Part shown: piece after piece, positions 13,875-27,700 of the stretch
Layout of the letters: the number at the start of each line of letters is the position of its first letter
How positions within the stretch are numbered: the first letter of the stretch is position 1
NCBI GenBank assembly: GCA_965655095.1
Contig: OZ296652.1
Location: forward strand, 73,408,001 to 73,472,000
From: Haplodiscus bocki
Taxonomy: Eukaryota
Reading direction: 5' to 3'
DNA: 64,000 bases
Notes under the pieces: generated by a model
What the model was told of the DNA's origin: nothing
Seen by the model: the letters and a program-made list of their open reading frames with translations, nothing else
The model's database searches: none
Program-made: the position numbers and the translations under genes

Positions 13875-16800
13875 TAAGTGATTTTTTTTCAAGTTCTGCA
13901 ACGCTGTGACAAAACTTGTGAGTTGCGTGTTTCTTAAATACTGTTTGTCGTATTTTGTCCATCCTGTGCTAATTCAAAGTCCTATCCAGCGCCGCCAACT
14001 CAAACTCCAGAGGCTGCAAAGAACCGGGATTTCCAATCTGTGTTTAGTGCTAGGTTTTTTATCCTGCAACTGGAAAGTCAATGATGTTTTTACTTGCCTG
14101 TTCGTTGATAGAGGTCTCGTTGAAGACTTGAGTCACATTGTGTCCTTCTGACGCTAGTTCGGCTACTCGCTGCCTAGAGTAACTAAAAGTTGAAAATATT
14201 TTTGAAAAAAACCCTGGGAATTGCTCGATTGGCAAAAAAACTTTAATGAATGTTCACTTACTGTCAGCTGGTATTGGTATGTTAGGAAGTTTTTTTCTAT
14301 CACAATTCGAACTGTTAAAAGAAACGTTTTTTCATCTGTGGATGCTCTAACATGTTTGTGTTCGCATTGATCTAATAATTATGACGTGCAGCGTTGCGAA
14401 GCTCGGCTTTGCCTTCTAGGTTACTCTCACGATGGCAAATATATTGTAATTGGGACAATTGTTCACAATTCCGACCGTGAATTGCTGGAAACTTCTGTGA
14501 TTTTTTGACCGTCTTCATAGAACAGGGTTTGCTCACACTGCATCATTCAGTCCTATATATTTTGAATTCAACTCCGTGCATCAATAGGATGCACAAGTTA
14601 TCACACGGAAGAGTTTCGAAATTATAAAACTCCGAACCAGAGTTCGAACTCGCAATCAAAGGCTCAAGATTCGCTCATAGTATTCACATTCAATTCGATC
14701 TTTGACGAGTTGAATTATGCTGACGTTCAATTAGTTGATTAAACACAGTGCTTAATTGAATAGTAAGTGAGCTGACCAGAGCAGCCAATTTCTCAAGGCA
14801 CGACAGTTCTCAGGGAAAACAGCAAGAGTAAAAGTTTCTGCGATTTTTCATAAGATTCTTGTGTGTGTTTTTTTCAAACTTGCGCAACTCATTAAGTCAT
14901 GACAACCCTGATTTTGGTCATTTTCGGCCAATTTTGATTTTTTCAAAAATCTCACCTCCAACAGACTCAGAAAAAATTTCAATACCAGTATTTGGCCATC
15001 TCGCCTAAAACATTTGATTTTTCCAATTTTTACGACTGCGGGAAATTTTATTAGGACTTCGGAAGTTTTCATTTGACGCTGTACTGATAATGTTACTCGG
15101 TTTTCGATTTTTTTTTTACGTTTTTTCTTACGACATCTTGTGACGTCGCTCGAAATCAGGAATTCCGTCCGATCATTGAAAAATTTCATTTTTTAAAACG
15201 CAGCAAGGCTGCGTAGGAGTACAGAAAAACCAGACGTACCATTTTGGTAGCGGTGAGAGTGAGCAAATAAGAAAAATGGAATTTTTTTCTTGCTCCCCAA
15301 GTGATACTTCAACATAGGTTAGACCTTTCAATCTTTTGAATTCTTTTCATGCAATTTGCGGTAAAAGAGAATAAGGGTCAATGAGGAACTCTATGCAACA
15401 GCGGAACCTTGAAAAACGAAAAGTCGATTTCATCTGAAGTGATGCATTCTAAGGATCACCAGTATTGATAGTGACCGTGGGAGTTGAGGGGGTTTGAAGC
15501 TTTGAATTTTAATCCGGGGTGGTATCAGAGCAAGGGCCTGGCCTTTCTCAGGTTCTGGGAAATGAGGGAATTGAAAGATTTTCCATATCCATTCCTAGGC
15601 AGTGGGACCGAGAGGATTGACAAATTTTTGAAAACATTATGTTTTTCTGCTTTGGGTACAGGGCTTAGAGGGACGATAGTGAAAGTGTGGGAATAACCGG
15701 GGAAGTTGAAGTGGTCAAAGTTTTTCAATTCCAATTCGTGTTAGTATCCGGTCCAAGGCGTGGCTTTTTTCTAGGTTTGGCAACGGCTGCAATGATTAAA
15801 ATTGGGAAAAAAATTAACCTTGTTCTAACTTGGGTGCATGGAACAGGGAGGGTATTGTAAGTGTTTCGAGTGCTCCATGTATGCGAAATGGGAATCAATT
15901 TTCAGTTATACTACGGGGTAGTATCCGAGAATGTTGCAGCTATTTTGAGCCGCTAGAAATCCGGAGATTCTTAAAAAGTTTGTATGAGGTTTTTATTCGA
16001 ACTTTGAGAGTTGATTAGGTAGTTTGAGCCGAATATTGAGAGTGGCGGGCGGACTTACGGTTAGAAGTAATCACCATGGTTATTGAACAATAAATTGCTT
16101 TTTAATTTGGACAAGACTTTGCACAATAATCTGTTGACCAGTGGAGGTCGCTCCTCTATTTTTCATTACGGTATCTTTCAACTGAATTCGAAATGTCAAG
16201 CATTATAAACAGTCGCATTTCTAACAGCCTCGCTGTTCAGATCCGCCCGGAAGGACGAGAGATCCTATTCTGAATTGGGATTTTTGCTTCTTCAACTTGA
16301 GCTAAATCGTCTTCCTTCGTAAGATATGACCGTTCAGATATGACCAACTTGAGGTTCATTTCATCCAATGAGTTGTTAAAAAGGGAGACAAATTTTTGAA
16401 TTTAACAATGCTAATCTTTCGTGCTCCCAAAATGGTTATTCTTTTTTGGGATCGAGAGATCGAGATGAAAAAGCTTTTGAAGTTGTTTTGACGTCTTGTT
16501 GACTAATGTTGGTCATTTGGAAAGCTAGAATTTTTAAATACAACATGTTTTAGGACTTCTATTATGGTTCTTTTTGGCGTTGATAAGTCATTGAAACACG
16601 GCGCTGCGAAACGGCGATTTCAAAAGACATGAATAACAGATCAACTTTTGTACCATTAGGCACCGAAAGTTGTTGTCTTTTTTCGACTTATTCGAGCAAC
16701 TTTTTATTGCACATCTGGTGTTGTTTTGTTCAAAGTGTCAATCATGTATACGATCAGAATTTGGTGTCTCTCAGGACCTTTAATCTGTCAACTATATTTG

Positions 16801-18389
16801 ATTTCAACTTACAAATCCGAATTTGTTGCGAAGTTCAGCTTCGCCTCTATGTCATGAGTTTCTCCTTGAAAATAAAGATTTATGGTAATCAATGGTAGGT
16901 CCTGCAAGCACCCCTCTGCGTAAAGGTCTTTTAAATGGTTTTCCCCACGAAATTTCTGGAGTCGTATCATTTTTGAAAAATCTTTTTTGGAGTGGTTGAC
17001 GCTCGAGAAGTGAAATCGCGAAACTTTATCTTAATGCGTGTAAGTTGGCTTTTCGGCTCCTAAAAAACGGAAACATCATTTGTCCGTCAGTTCTTTAAAA
17101 CGAAAGAATTTGACAAAAAATTCAATGCCTTGCCTTCGGAGTATTTTTGGAGGACCTAATTATGAAATCCATAAAGTATTTCGATTTAACCACGCAAAAA
17201 ATGGACATGAAGAAATGGTTGGAAGTTCCTGACATGGGAGTCTCAAAAGCCTCGATTGTTCCTCCGATTTTCATCTATTCAAAATTTCTAGTATGTTATC
17301 GAATTTCTAAGAAAATTTTTTTCTTCTAGACTTCATTCTAAATTTCTTAGCTTTTGATTTTGATTTTTTGGGCTTCAAGAACGCAATTGTTCGCCCAGGG
17401 GCTGACTTGATTAAATTCAATACTGTGTTTAATCAACCGTTAGTCTGTTTCAACTGCCAAAGATCGAACTGATTGTGAATAGTATATGTGACTCTTGCGA
17501 CTCTGATTGCAAGTCCGAACTCTGGTTCCGAAACTTCCGTGCGAAACTTCCGTGTGATAATTTGTAACGCAAATGTTTTCGTGTAGTACCTGGGTTGGTG
17601 TATTTCAGAATCTTCTTTCCCCCTGAGAGTTGGCATAGTTTTTTGTAAAATACTTTGTAGAATACTTGATCAATTATGTGATAAATGTGCCCAATATGTA
17701 AATATATTGAATTTTCTTTTTGCTACTGTTGACACATTCTGATGAATTTGAAATGTAATTATCTCTTTCATACGCTAATTGACTTCTGACAGTATCCAGC
17801 ATTGTCTCGAGGTAGTCATAGTTTCTATTACTCTGGAGGTTTCTGCAGCAGTTCGGTTTTTCCTTGTTTGCAAAAATTGCAGTGGCTATTACAGAGTCTT
17901 TATTTTCACCGTCTACTGAAACTGTTCAGACTGAATTTTTGAAATTGTCAAAATATGAGCAGACAGACCACTACGGTTTGGGTTTTCAAAAGAAAATGTA
18001 TGTTCTGTTTAAAGTTTTCTTCTTACCCGCTTTTCAATATCGAACACGAAGGCGAATGAAATCATAGGTACGACGTTGACGTTTTTTTTCATACCGGACC
18101 TCGCGGGATCGGACACTTCTGCCTCACTTCAACTGACCTGACTTGTGTGCTGCAGTTGAATGACATTCTTACCATTATATATGTGCACGTATATTGTAAA
18201 ATCAGTGGGTTGAAGTTTCAGAGACGAACAGAGTTTCCATAGGCAATTTGTGCTTTCTACCGTTACATTTCTATATCATTTTTATTTGGTGCAAAACGCA
18301 AAATCTCGACACTTCTTGGTCAATTTTTTTTGATATTACGACAGGAATAATACAAAAAACTCATTGGCAACAAGATAGGTTTTTCTGAA

Positions 18390-18900
18390 GTTCAAAAATT
18401 TTTGATGGGTTTTTTGTGAGGGGAAATTGATTATCTAGTTGAATTTGCACATTTAGATTTTCTTTCTCAAATTTAAGTGCTATGTCTTCGCACCTAGGTC
18501 TCCCAAACTACCTCAATTTTGCTTAAGCAATAAAAGCAGACTTCAATCTGTGATCAGCTGAGATTAGATTTCGGCTGAGTTTCATTGGTTTTTGGGGAAA
18601 GATTGGTGAAAATTGAGGTAATTTCGACTCTTTATATTTTGGCTGTATTGAGAATCTTGTCTAATGAAAGTGTCATATACTTGTAGCGAGGTCTTCTAGT
18701 GACCTGAAGTTTTAATAGGGATTACAACCAAAATTTTTGATGGCTTCTTTCTGGGAATCGAGCTAATTTCAACTATTTTTCATAATTTTGTTAGATTTAA
18801 GTGCAATATCTTTGCACCTAGGTTTTCAAATCACTCGAAATTTGCATAAGCGTTAGAAGCAGGTTCCAATCTCTATCAACTGCTAAGATTTAATTGACGT
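18390..18900. repeat. Degenerate tandem repeat, ~325-bp unit, about two copies
   Basis: aaaatttttgatgg at ~18395 and ~18730; atttaagtgc.at.tctt.gcacctaggt at ~18471 and ~18795. Confidence 0.6.
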
Positions 18901-19499
18901 TCGGATATTTTTGTTGGGTTTTGAAAAGTCATCAAGTTCAAGTCATTTATTGGGGAAATTAGGCCTCGGTATGCTCTTTTTTTTTGTGCTAGTACAATCT
19001 ATAATCAGGGGATTTTAATGAAACTTTTATTTTTGGCTTCGCTACTCGAGCCCCATCATGGGCCTAAATTCATAAACAGAAAAACCGGTTCGGAAGACAT
19101 ACCAGGAGTGTTTGATATGTTTTGTTTAGTCAGTAAACCTTATACCAATGAGTTTCTCTTTATTTTTTTTACCACTGTGAGATGAAAATATAAATTACAA
19201 AAGAGTGATTGCTCTAGTTTTTGTTTGGAGAAGCCACTTAATTTTCCGACTAATTTTTTCAGTGGTAAGTGAAACTTACTAACATATTCCAGAAACGCAA
19301 AATTGCCTTGTAACACACTGTAAATACAGTCGTCCTGTTTCCGTTAATCGACACCAATCCACAGACTTTGGAGTGACAATCTTTGAAAACTATTTAAAAA
19401 TTTCGCGAACGCGCCATTATTCGTCGAAAGCTTCGAACGCAGAAACTCGACAGACAGAATATAATGCGCGTGAAGCAGCCTTGACGACAACTGTGGTCA

Positions 19500-19860
19500 T
19501 GATGGGCAGCATCAGCAATCGAAGGCAGCTAGAAAACTGACTTGAAAAGTTCGGTAAAGACCAAAAGTATTTTATAATTTTTCGCTTTTTTGATGAAGAC
19601 TTGCCGAGAAGGTTTCTGACAAAAATTGTCAAAACGCACTGGTCTATCAAATGGTTGGCCATCACTTAGTGCAAATGCATTAGCAATTCTAAGCTTCCTA
19701 TAAAGACAACACATAGACTTAACCTTGGACCTCTGAAAAAACTTACAAAAGTGAGCCGCTATTCACTCGCCGAAAATCATTCGGCGGCTTCAGCTTTGGG
19801 ATATGAGAGATAGTGAGCTCTTGTGTAGTGTTTATCCAAAAGTTAGAAAAATCTTGACCA
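19500..19860 (-). mobile_element. Probable decayed LINE reverse-transcriptase fragment
   Basis: Minus-strand peptides IPKLKPPNDFRRVN (like IPK..P.DYRPIS) followed by ILLVFTELFKSVF (like ..DFSKAFD); frameshifted. Confidence 0.35.
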
Positions 19861-20473
19861 ATAGATGCTGAGATGTTCAGTTTAAAGATAATAAACGCAG
19901 TGATAGTGACTGAGAGTGAAAAAACCATAAACACAGGCCTAATGCCTGAAAAAATTTGTGTCTGGTATGTCACTATAAGGCATTGGAGTTCGCAGTCAAA
20001 CGCGTGCTCTTTTAAACTGTAACTATCCAGGCAGTGAATTCGGCACCTTTGAGAAATCTCCAAAAATTGATGATAATGGGATTGTATATTTTGTCGAAGC
20101 ACTCCTTGAAAATTTATGCTCCCAACAATATTTTGAGGGTTACCGTCATCAAACGGAAGGACCCGTTTTTTGTTCAGCGCTTTTATAAGAAAGTGCTCGA
20201 TTTGTTTTCACCGCATGAAGTATTCGGGTACAAACAATGTTTTCTTTGTGCCCATTCAATTTAGGACCAGGATCCCAAAAACGAAGTATTTGCGTACGAA
20301 GCATTTTTGGGCCTTGAGCCAAATTTTCTTCGTGATACCTGCCTTCAATACAGCAAGACTTTCCTGAAAAGTCATATACCACAAATATTTGAACGAAGGA
20401 CCTTCTCAGACAGTATATTCCTTCTAAATTTTCATTTTCCGACACTGTTTAGACAAATGGGTTACTTTCTGTA

Positions 20474-21765
20474 AGCATATAAGAACGGACACTTTTCGCC
20501 AAATTTTCATGAGTTTTTCTGACAGAATATTGATTCTCGATAAACGATCAGTTAGTGTTAAATCTAACAGGGCAAATGTGTGCGCATCAGATGATCCCGT
20601 ATCCCGTCCTCTCCCTGACTCTCGTTTATATTCAACGTTTAGTTTCTTTATGTTTCATCTTACTTCTTTTTTTATCTGTTTTGATTACCTCCTTGTTGAA
20701 AATACTGGTAATAGGTTTACCCTTTCCTGGTTGTGGGAACGCACGTAGTCTCAAAATCTTGGAACATATTCGAATTGGTACTAGGGTTAGGGAGCGAGGG
20801 CTAAGCAGTAGAAGTGGACAGCAGAGAAAACTCCGCTTTTTATCTTGAAATTAAAAGAGTATACAGAAAAGCAAGCTGTTTGAAATTATAGCATGTTTTT
20901 TAAGAACTACTAAATCTTTCTCCTTTTTCCGAGATATTGAATTTTCAATCTGTACAAGGCGATTTAATGATGTGTCAAAGTTTTCGGTTTCGGAGTGGCT
21001 TATCACGCTTAACGAATAAAGCAGGCATGATCATCATGAGGCGATAACCGAAAACATAATTGCTGAGTTGAATCTCACGTTTTTTTGGATCGCTATTTTC
21101 ACTTGCTTGTTTCTTTTCTTTGTTAATGACGTCTGAAAAATTGTATTTGCTCCGGAAAGGCCGAGACATTGTTTTATGCCTCCATTATCGCAGGGATTTT
21201 TCCTCTGATTTTAAAGTACTATCCAGAAACTGAGGTTACCAGTTTTCTTCGCGACTTGAACAGAGAACGCCAGGTTATCAAAAATTCTAGCTGTCTCAAG
21301 CTAGAATTGAGGTTCTACAGTCACTTCTGGAGACTACCATGATTCTGCTGAATTTAGGGGAGAGTTTTGTGAACTTTCAAACGATGGAGAGAAATAATTA
21401 TGCATGTATTCTTCCTGAGTTTTATTCAGGGCCTTTGCATGATACCGAAATGGCACTAAGAAGTGAGCACCTCGTCATTTAGAAGTTCTGACATTCCATA
21501 AGTGACTGGAACTAAGATGGTCATGCTCGAGAGAAAATTTGTCTGACATTCGTTCGAATCAGCCCTGACTACAGTAACTGCTTTTCAGGTTTTTCATGGC
21601 TCAGTTGAAGGAACTCAGAGCTTTCGTTGTTGGGTGGACTGGTGCTTGTGGTGAAGCGCTTGTCAAAGAACTTGCGGCGCGCGATGTATTCAAAGAAGTG
21701 CTTTTGCTCGGCCGTCGCAAAGTGGAATTCCCTGCTGACGATGCGCGTTCAAAATTCAAACAGGT
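20474..21765 (+). repeat. 1292-bp near-identical direct duplication, copy 2 (upstream region plus exon 1 of HTATIP2-b)
   Basis: Matches 6852-8143; identity stops immediately after the exon 1 donor GT. Confidence 0.97.
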
Positions 21766-24700
21766 AGGACATCTCTCTTTCACTGTCTGTGCTTCACAAA
21801 AGCTGGATCTAAGGAGTCTTTGCTATTGGAAAAATTGCGTGTGTGTGTTTGGTTGGTGCATTTTAGAAGAATTGCCCGATGATCACACTAACTTTTGTTT
21901 TTAAGACCTTGAAAACGACTACATTTGACGAAAATTCTGCACTCCGAACTCCCAATTGATTATTGGTACTTTAGAAGGCCCCAATAGGCTAGAGGGTAGG
22001 ACTCAAAGATCTTCAAGCCATAGATATGGGTTGGATACTAGGAACTTGTCCCATAAAAATTCAGGAATTTTTCTCATTTTGGGTAATTCTAATTTTCAGA
22101 ATGTTTACGGTTTTGGGGTTTTAGGTTTTGTGCTTTACCGATTTTTCTGCTTTTCCGGCCTGTTGGTCCGAAGGGTTGCACAAAAATTTTTAAACCATAC
22201 ATAGGGGCTCGAGACTAGGTAATTCCTTCTTTCAAATAAACGTCTCATTTTGGTTATTTTATCCACCCATTTGTGTGATGAACCGATGGTTCGCCAAATT
22301 TTATGGTACCAAAAGAAAAGTCCCCCGTAAGAGCCAGATTTTTTCGATAAATTAACATAGCAAACAGCAAAATCCTTCAATCAGGCTTTGTCAGGCTATA
22401 AAACTACGATACATTCGTATAAATAACAACGGACCTACTTATTTTGAATGCACTAAAAGCTCAATCTTAGCTGTTGGGTTTGTTTACTTGAAGTATTCTC
22501 TATCGGCAATTGGCTGTAGTTTGAACGTGTAAGTAGTATAGGGATTTGTATGGTATGCGACGGGTCAATCCTAAGTTTCATGCACTCTTTCAACGGTTGA
22601 GAAAATCCTCGGCCACACGAGCGTAGGTTGTAAAGTAAGTTCTTATCGATGCTTTGATATCAACTGTTTGCTTGATACATTTGCGCCAGCAAGTTTTATC
22701 ACAGGCTTCTGTGGACTTTTTTCCAAACCATTCAGAACTTGAATTTGTTCCTGGGGTCTTATGTTCCTAGATGTTGTTTATGCGCTCTCGTTTTCACGGA
22801 AAAGTGATAAGCTTTCCCACAGTTGGTAAAAAATTGTTCACGTGCCAATTTCCATTGTGCACTCCCTTTTTAACTAAAAAACGAAATAACTTCCGTGGCC
22901 GTTTGCACTTATTACATTAGAAACAACCTATTTATTAAGTTCCTGTATAATTGTTCAATCAAGGGTTTTCATTGTACCGTGGCCCTCTCAATCAGTTATT
23001 CTTACTCCGTTTGTTCACTAGTATTCTGCAATACGCAGCTTCGCCCCTGTGTTGACATTACGATCTAGCTGAGGTTACCGCCACTTACACAACAAGAAAG
23101 AATCTGCTCATCACGTCCTCAGTCAGCGCACTATGTAAATCAACAAAATTATTGTTGAGGGTAACTTTGAAACAATAAGCATTCAGTCGACGCTACTACA
23201 ACAGAACTAAGGACTTGACAGAACAAATTAATTATATGGAGATAATCGCAAGTTTTGAAGATCTCGAAAACTGCTCGAAACTGGATCTCAATCTGAGGAG
23301 CTTAGATTTTTACGCGAGAAAGTATGAGATTGCGTCAGGAGACTTACGCTGAAAAAACAATTTGTCCGAAACAAACTGGTTTCAAAGAAAAATTTGGTTG
23401 TTTCAAGTAGTAAAAGGAATTCAAGTGGTAACAATCTCCCATGTTCCGAAAACAGAGTTTTGGACGGTCTAAAATCATTTTTATCAGAATCTAGTCGAAA
23501 TCAAAATGTTTCGTTCTTTATCGTTTAACCTGAAATCTGAAAAAAAATGACCAACTTGTGAAATAAAAACGTCAGACATTCACTTTGTCAAACTTCAGAT
23601 AAAACAATATAATTGACTGTAACCATGAACGGACGGCCCGAAAGGATTGGAGACATCCAGGATGAGGTGCCCGAACTAATCATCTCCGACGACGCTAGGG
23701 ATGATGCTAACGACAACCTCTCGGTGGAAACAAATACAAAATCTGTAGGTATCATCCATTTCATTACATTATCTTTTGTGAACATCTAAAGCTTTCTCTG
23801 ACAACTAAATTGGTGGAGGATATCCTTAATAGCACTGGCATGGCAACTAGTGTTGGAATTCTTGAAAGTTGTGGACTATAGCAATTGTATGGTACTCAGT
23901 GATGGATTTTTTGAAAGGTATGTAATAATACAGTACTGATCTGATGTTTGAGTAAATAACAGAAGAATTGTTAAAGGTACGGCCCTTGTGTCAACGCATC
24001 ATGGCCACCGGGAGACAGTTTCAAAAGTGGGCAAAGGCAAACGTGCTGTTACCACTATTGTTCTGAGAATAGAACCGGAACTGCGTAGGGTCGTAGTCCT
24101 TTCTTCGCGAGAAAAGTGCCTTTGCTGAAAGGTTTAAAGGGTTGTCACATAAAAGTAATCGGCAGCCAGGGATATCCTGTGACTGAACCAAAGCAATGGA
24201 CAAAGCGTTGTGTACGTTCACATTTTAATTGAGCTCTTTGATTTGGTTCCATTTGCTTCCATTTATTGTTTTTTCCCCTAACTTTTCTATACGTGAAGTT
24301 TGCGACTTTCCAGATTTCGGTAAATAAGTCATCCTCGGTGGTGCATCCCGAACCCCCTCCCACACACGTAGAGAACTTTTCGCCCTCAGGGCTCTTTTAT
24401 CTGCTGCGGTATAATCAGTGTTGTGTTAATGCTGATGTTTTGTCTTACACTGTCTCAGAAAAAAATATGGCAAAGTTTGTAACAACTATTCTCCACGGAA
24501 AACAATGTTTTAAATGACGTATGTTTCGCGATTATTTCCATATGTGTTTTTGAGCGATGTTCCTAACTGATTTTTGGGCTGCATTTCATGCGATGTTTCG
24601 GAGGAAAAAATAGTAACTTCTTTTCTGCTGCACCGATTTTGTAGCTGACTTATGGAAGCTTTTCGATTCTATTTTTTTTAAGCGAGCTTTGTTATGGTTC

Positions 24701-27700
24701 TTTTGGGCAGTGATTTTCGTACTTGAGTTTAGAGCTGCATTTTCGAAGGGCGTATTTTCAACATGCATTTGACTGCAGATATTTGGAATCGATTTCTTCA
24801 GCGGTGTTTTGGATACGAATTGACTTCGGTATTTGTTGACAAGCTCTTCGAAGATGTCGTTCTTGGGAATGATTTTTAAAAGTGTTTTGGGCAGCACTTT
24901 GAAACGCTATAAGTGTTACGTGTTCTTAAATACGGTGCTTTTTCGGAAATTTGGGTAGTATTTTTATATGGAAATTTTCGAGGTTTTCAATACGGTCCAT
25001 TTGCGGCCGCATTTTTCAAACGATATTTTAGATAGCGTTCCCGTACGGTATATTTCGACGAGAATGTTGATACTGTCCCATTTGGGCAGTGTTTTCTTAA
25101 CGGCTTTTTGGGGCCTTTTTCATGCAGCATCTTTTTACAAGCGTTTCAATACGTTCTTTTTTGTGAAGCGTTTTTTCCTCCAATTTCTGGGCAGTATTTC
25201 TGTACGCTATGTTTCTGACCAGGAATTCGACACAGTCGTTTTATGGCAGCAATTTCGTAATGGCGACTTCGGGGTAGCATTTTCTTGCGGTATTTCTTGA
25301 CGAGCATTTCGATGCAGTCCTCTTTGTGAGCGGTTATTCAACAGTGTTTTGGAATGCATTTTCATACGATTTTGTTGACCAGTGTTTCGATATCAACTTT
25401 GTTCGGCAGCAGTTTCTTTTTTGACCATATTTTGATCGGAAATTTCAATCTCACTATCTTTGACGAGCCTTTCCATGCTGTTTTTTTTGGGCACCGTTTT
25501 TCCAATGTTGTTTTGAGCACGTCTTTGGGACGCTAAAGTTTCGACAAATATTTCAATACGCTGCTTTTTCGGCAACTGTAATCTTGCGGGATTTTTGGAC
25601 TGCCTTTTGGGATGCTGTGATTTTCACGATTTTTTCGCGACAATCGTTTTTTGGCCGCATTTCTTCGAATGCTTCCGGGAAGCGGTTCCACACGGCATTT
25701 CTTCGATGGCAGCCGCGTTGGGGGGGGGGGTGAAATTACCGATGATTGTTCACCAATTTGCTGCCAAATGTTGGCTTTGTTTGTCTCCGATTTTTCGTGG
25801 GATTTACGAAACTCTGCCCATTCATTGTCATCTACATTGGCCCTCATGGCACGCACACGTAGAACTTCAAAATGTCAAAGTTTATCCCATCGTTCTGAAA
25901 GAATCACTAATTGTCGAACGCAGATAACGAGGTTTGGTTGTTTTGGATTTTTTAGAAATTGTATTTTTGAGTGACTACCCTGACATTAAGTGACGGCATA
26001 ATGCACACAATGTTTACAACTTTTTTGTGCACCTGATGATTAAAGAAAATTGAGCGTGACGTTGAAGTTTCTCACCGACAACTTGTGGTTGCCTAATAGA
26101 TTATAGAGTGCACCTTTGCCCTGAGTCCAACCATTTCTGTGACATATTACCACATACCTCAGCTTTGAACTTCAAGGCGGCCACTTTGTTGCGGTCTGAA
26201 TAAAGTGACTGAATTGCGGTTTAGGTTGAAAAATCAAAATACTCCTTTGGTCAATCGTTTCCGCGAAGTTGTTCGTAGAAGATGTCACATCGTATCTGAT
26301 GTGGAAGAGAGTCCTGGCGTCATAGAGCAGGCAGTAAACGAAGGTACTTTCATCACGTCTCAATACGTGGAAACTGCTGAGTGAATTCCACGCAGAAAAT
26401 GTTTGTTCAAGGCGATATAAAGTGCAACAAGTTATGAATATCATTCCCCACGTAGAGTTTATTTCTAACAAATTAACTTTTATTGGAAGTAGGACACGTG
26501 ATTTGGTACAAAGCCTGTATGCAGGCACTGATATGAGCTGGTGTGTGTAAGAAGATTTGATTCCTCCGACTTGTAACAGCAACAAGATAGGTTGTCATCG
26601 GAATTTTTAACTGATTTCATCAGTCTTTTTTCTGAGTTGTTTAAAACTGTTTCTACAGTCATGATTCTTAAGAATTCGACTAAACAATATTATTACGCTT
26701 CGCAAAATTGTAGGTGGAGAAGTAAATAATACATCAGAGGAAGGACGTGGACTGTGCGAAACCTTGATTCAAGTGCTATCAGATGGTTTTTTGGCAGTAT
26801 AAGTACTTCAAAAGCGTAAAAACTTGCGTCCCAAAATTGAGCATCTAAACTATGCCAGCCGGTTTTGGGTTTTTAGCTTATTAAAGCAGTTCTTGTGAGA
26901 AATTGGTACGGTGGCGCATGGTAGCAAAAAACAACATTTGTTAAGCGTTTCACTTTCCCAAAACTATGATTTTCTTGGAAAAAATTGTTAAAAAATTAAG
27001 GTTGAATTTTATGATCCCATTTCAATTCCATGATTTCCAAACTTCACTAGATTCGACAGTTTTAGCAGAGACCTGAACTTCGCTTGGCTTTGTCCGAAGG
27101 CTTTCTTCAACAAACAGTTTTTTCCAACTATGGAATTTAGGAAATCAGAATTATCTTGTCGAGTCGAGGAAGAAAGATTCTACCTTTCATGAAAGATTTG
27201 ACTTTTCCGTTTGATGCCTCTAGCATGCTAATATTCGCGTGGTGTTTGGGAAATGGCAACTGATGGTATAGGTGAACATCCTTAAAACGTTAAATGAAAT
27301 GTTTCATAATTTCTGTTGCAATAAAAACGAAGTTTTGCTTGCTGCTCAATGTGCTTTTCTTGAGCATGTTTGTGCTTTATGGGTGAAGAGGAGCATTGGA
27401 AGTCACCTTGTCTGCCTTTTCTTTTTTGAAAGTTTACGGTATTTACTTCTTGAGTTTTTGGATTAACGATAAAGATTTGGACGATTTGCACATGACTTTT
27501 GGCATAATTAGCAGGTATTCATTTTTCGAGTCATCTGATTTTCAGAAAATTCGAAATTAAATCAATCTTCCTATGAAACCAAACTTTGTTTCCAAACCAG
27601 TATCATCATTTTACAGTTTGAATCTTTGCAAACATTTTTCTGTTATGCAGGGAAGCTGATATGATTTTACGACGTCGTTAAAATAATACATTGAGTAAAA

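Noticed and set aside
24550-25720. CRISPR-like array
   Set aside because: No constant repeat with unique spacers, no cas genes, and a eukaryotic context.
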